This document shows, one piece after another, positions 62,201 to 64,000 of a stretch of 64,000 nt of DNA. The stretch is from Negaprion brevirostris (lineage: Eukaryota). Numbering within the stretch: position 1 is the stretch's first letter; each line of letters opens with the position of its first letter. A program made the translations under genes and the position numbers. The notes under the pieces are model-generated. The model was not told the DNA's origin. It ran no database searches and worked only from the letters and a program-made list of their open reading frames with translations. Location: assembly GCA_030324005.1 (NCBI GenBank), contig JARDVH010000042.1, positions 76,403,695-76,467,694 on the forward strand, written 5' to 3'.

Positions 62201-63689
62201 TTTCTCTATGGCTGTTTTTCTCAGCAAGAAGAGTTCATGTCCTTTAGAGATATAAACTTACAGCATAAATCCTCTTATGCAGTCTGTCACTGCCCTGGGC
62301 TCAGTATTTTACAAGCACAGAAATAAATAGTTTAATTAGAGCTTAAACGCCTTGTTAAGCTTCAATCCATCTCTAAAAATTGTACAATATGAACATAAAA
62401 CTGATGCAAAAATGTTAACAACGGCATCACTGAATAGCAGATCATGTAACGTACTGAATGTCTCTTATCTCTAGAAATATTTAACCTATGAGAGATACTC
62501 TCCTCACTTCTATCTTCAGCCTCACTGTTTTGCCTGACACAAAACAGACAACTTGTGTATGACTGCACAAATCTGATTCTTTACCTCGAAACGAACTCTG
62601 GCGTTTGCTTGGTCTGCAGTTACCATTGAAACAATGGATTTACAGATTCCTTCAACAGACTAAATACATTTTTGCTATTGGCCAACTCTTGTCCACTTAC
62701 AAATAGCACAAAATAAAAAAGTGAATCTTTTATCCCTTCCATCTCTCAGAGTTACCTATAAATTGTGCAACACTATCTTAGAGTTCCCTATTGTCAACAC
62801 TAACAGCAAGATAGAAGGTGTGAATTCTCCAGCTCAGTGCAATTATGCAGTTACTCAGATTAGGGAAATGCCCAGGTCTCTGGAGCAAAAACTAATTTAT
62901 CGGGGGTGTTTTGATGACACGGACAAATATGCTTTTTCCAAGCAATATTTCCTGTTTTTATTTGAGGATGAAATTCCTGGAATTTTAATTATATGGAAAA
63001 AGTACACACCAGTACAGAGGAATACCAGTTCATATTCGTGTCAACCTGTTTGCTAAACTCCAAGATTGCCGCAAAGTTTAGAATTGCAGGATAACGTCAA
63101 GTGAGGAGATACAGAAACAATTTAACGGTTTTATGCAGTGGGTAGGGAATATGTGGAATAGACCAACAAAGAGACAGACTGCAGAATTATTTATGGGAAA
63201 ACTGGATAGATGTTTGCGTGCTTTGGTGTTTGGGGAATATTCTGGGAATACCAATATGAGCTGTAGAGCCTTTTCCAGNNNNNNNNNNNNNNNNNNNNNN
63301 NNNNNNNNNNNNNNNNNNNNNNNNNNNNNNNNNNNNNNNNNNNNNNNNNNNNNNNNNNNNNNNNNNNNNNNNNNNNNNNNNNNNNNNNNNNNNNNNNNNN
63401 NNNNNNNNNAAGTTGGTGCTTCTGATTCATGGTACATCTAGACTAAAGTAATTCATGGAAAATTTAGTTGTCCATAATTTGAGTGCATTCATTCTCACCA
63501 TAGATACAAATATGTTTTTTTATATGCCAGTACAAAAATTTGATCATTTGATTACGACGATGAAAGATCTCAGGCCCTTACTGTTAACTTTGGCCCCAAA
63601 CTTATCTTTGGAGCAGGGTGGAGTTAGGAACACCCTGGAAGTACTGAGTTCTTGAATTTCAAGAAAGCCAAGCTGTAAGCAGGTAAAAT

Positions 63690-63950
63690 CAGAAAATAGT
63701 ACACCATAGTACAGTTTATTTGGCCCATCAAGGTTTGTTTTCGCTCTTGCAAAGAGCAATTCAGTTGCTTGTACTCCACTATTCTCAGCCCATGTCAAGA
63801 CTATTAGAGGATCTGTATCCACCACTCTTTCAGCCAGTGCATTTAAGCACTCATGAGTTTTTAAAAAGATTTTTGTCTTGTTTGGTACTTTGCCAAACAC
63901 CTTCAATCTATGCCCTCTGATTTACTCTTCCATCATCAAAGAGGGAAATT
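63690..63950 (-). mobile_element. Old CR1-type LINE 3' fragment
   Basis: TTTGGCCCATC...GTATCCACCACTCTTTCAG.CAGTGCATT...CTTCAATCTATGCCCTCTG, matching the reverse CR1 3' end. Confidence 0.55.
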
Positions 63951-64000
63951 CTACCAGAACTCCTAATCAGTTCCTTTGGGCCTGAATCCCGGACTTGATA

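Noticed and set aside
7731-63441. Long ORFs of 150-330 aa in the supplied track
   Set aside because: They are long only because they run through N gaps (X residues), so they are not evidence of genes.

Overview
This is repeat-rich, gap-containing (N-run) vertebrate genomic DNA. Its HE1-type SINEs, SacSINE1-like DeuSINEs, CR1 LINEs and Penelope-like elements point to a shark or other elasmobranch (inference). I can support only one host protein-coding gene: G-protein gamma subunit GNG7 on the minus strand. It has two coding exons (56047-56124 and 33611-33736), a 22.3-kb intron, a 67-aa product ending in the CaaX motif CTIL, and a repeat-poor 3'UTR. Most of the remainder is decayed mobile DNA: CR1-type LINEs, Rex1/Babar, an internally deleted Gypsy, Penelope-like elements (PLEs), hAT and Harbinger-like non-autonomous transposons, and SINEs. 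The most interesting signals are (1) minimal type-I hammerhead ribozyme folds in the termini of two PLE families, with one copy retaining an intact core and helix II covarying between copies; (2) an unexplained, locally clustered four-copy diverged repeat at 11.3-16.2 kb with hints of an old reading frame; (3) an orphan + strand exon-like segment at 2967-3084; and (4) PLE insertions with long target-site duplications overlapping terminal microhomology. I saw no CRISPR array, rRNA or true tRNA gene. Repeat-family names come from motif recognition rather than database searches, and repeat boundaries are approximate.
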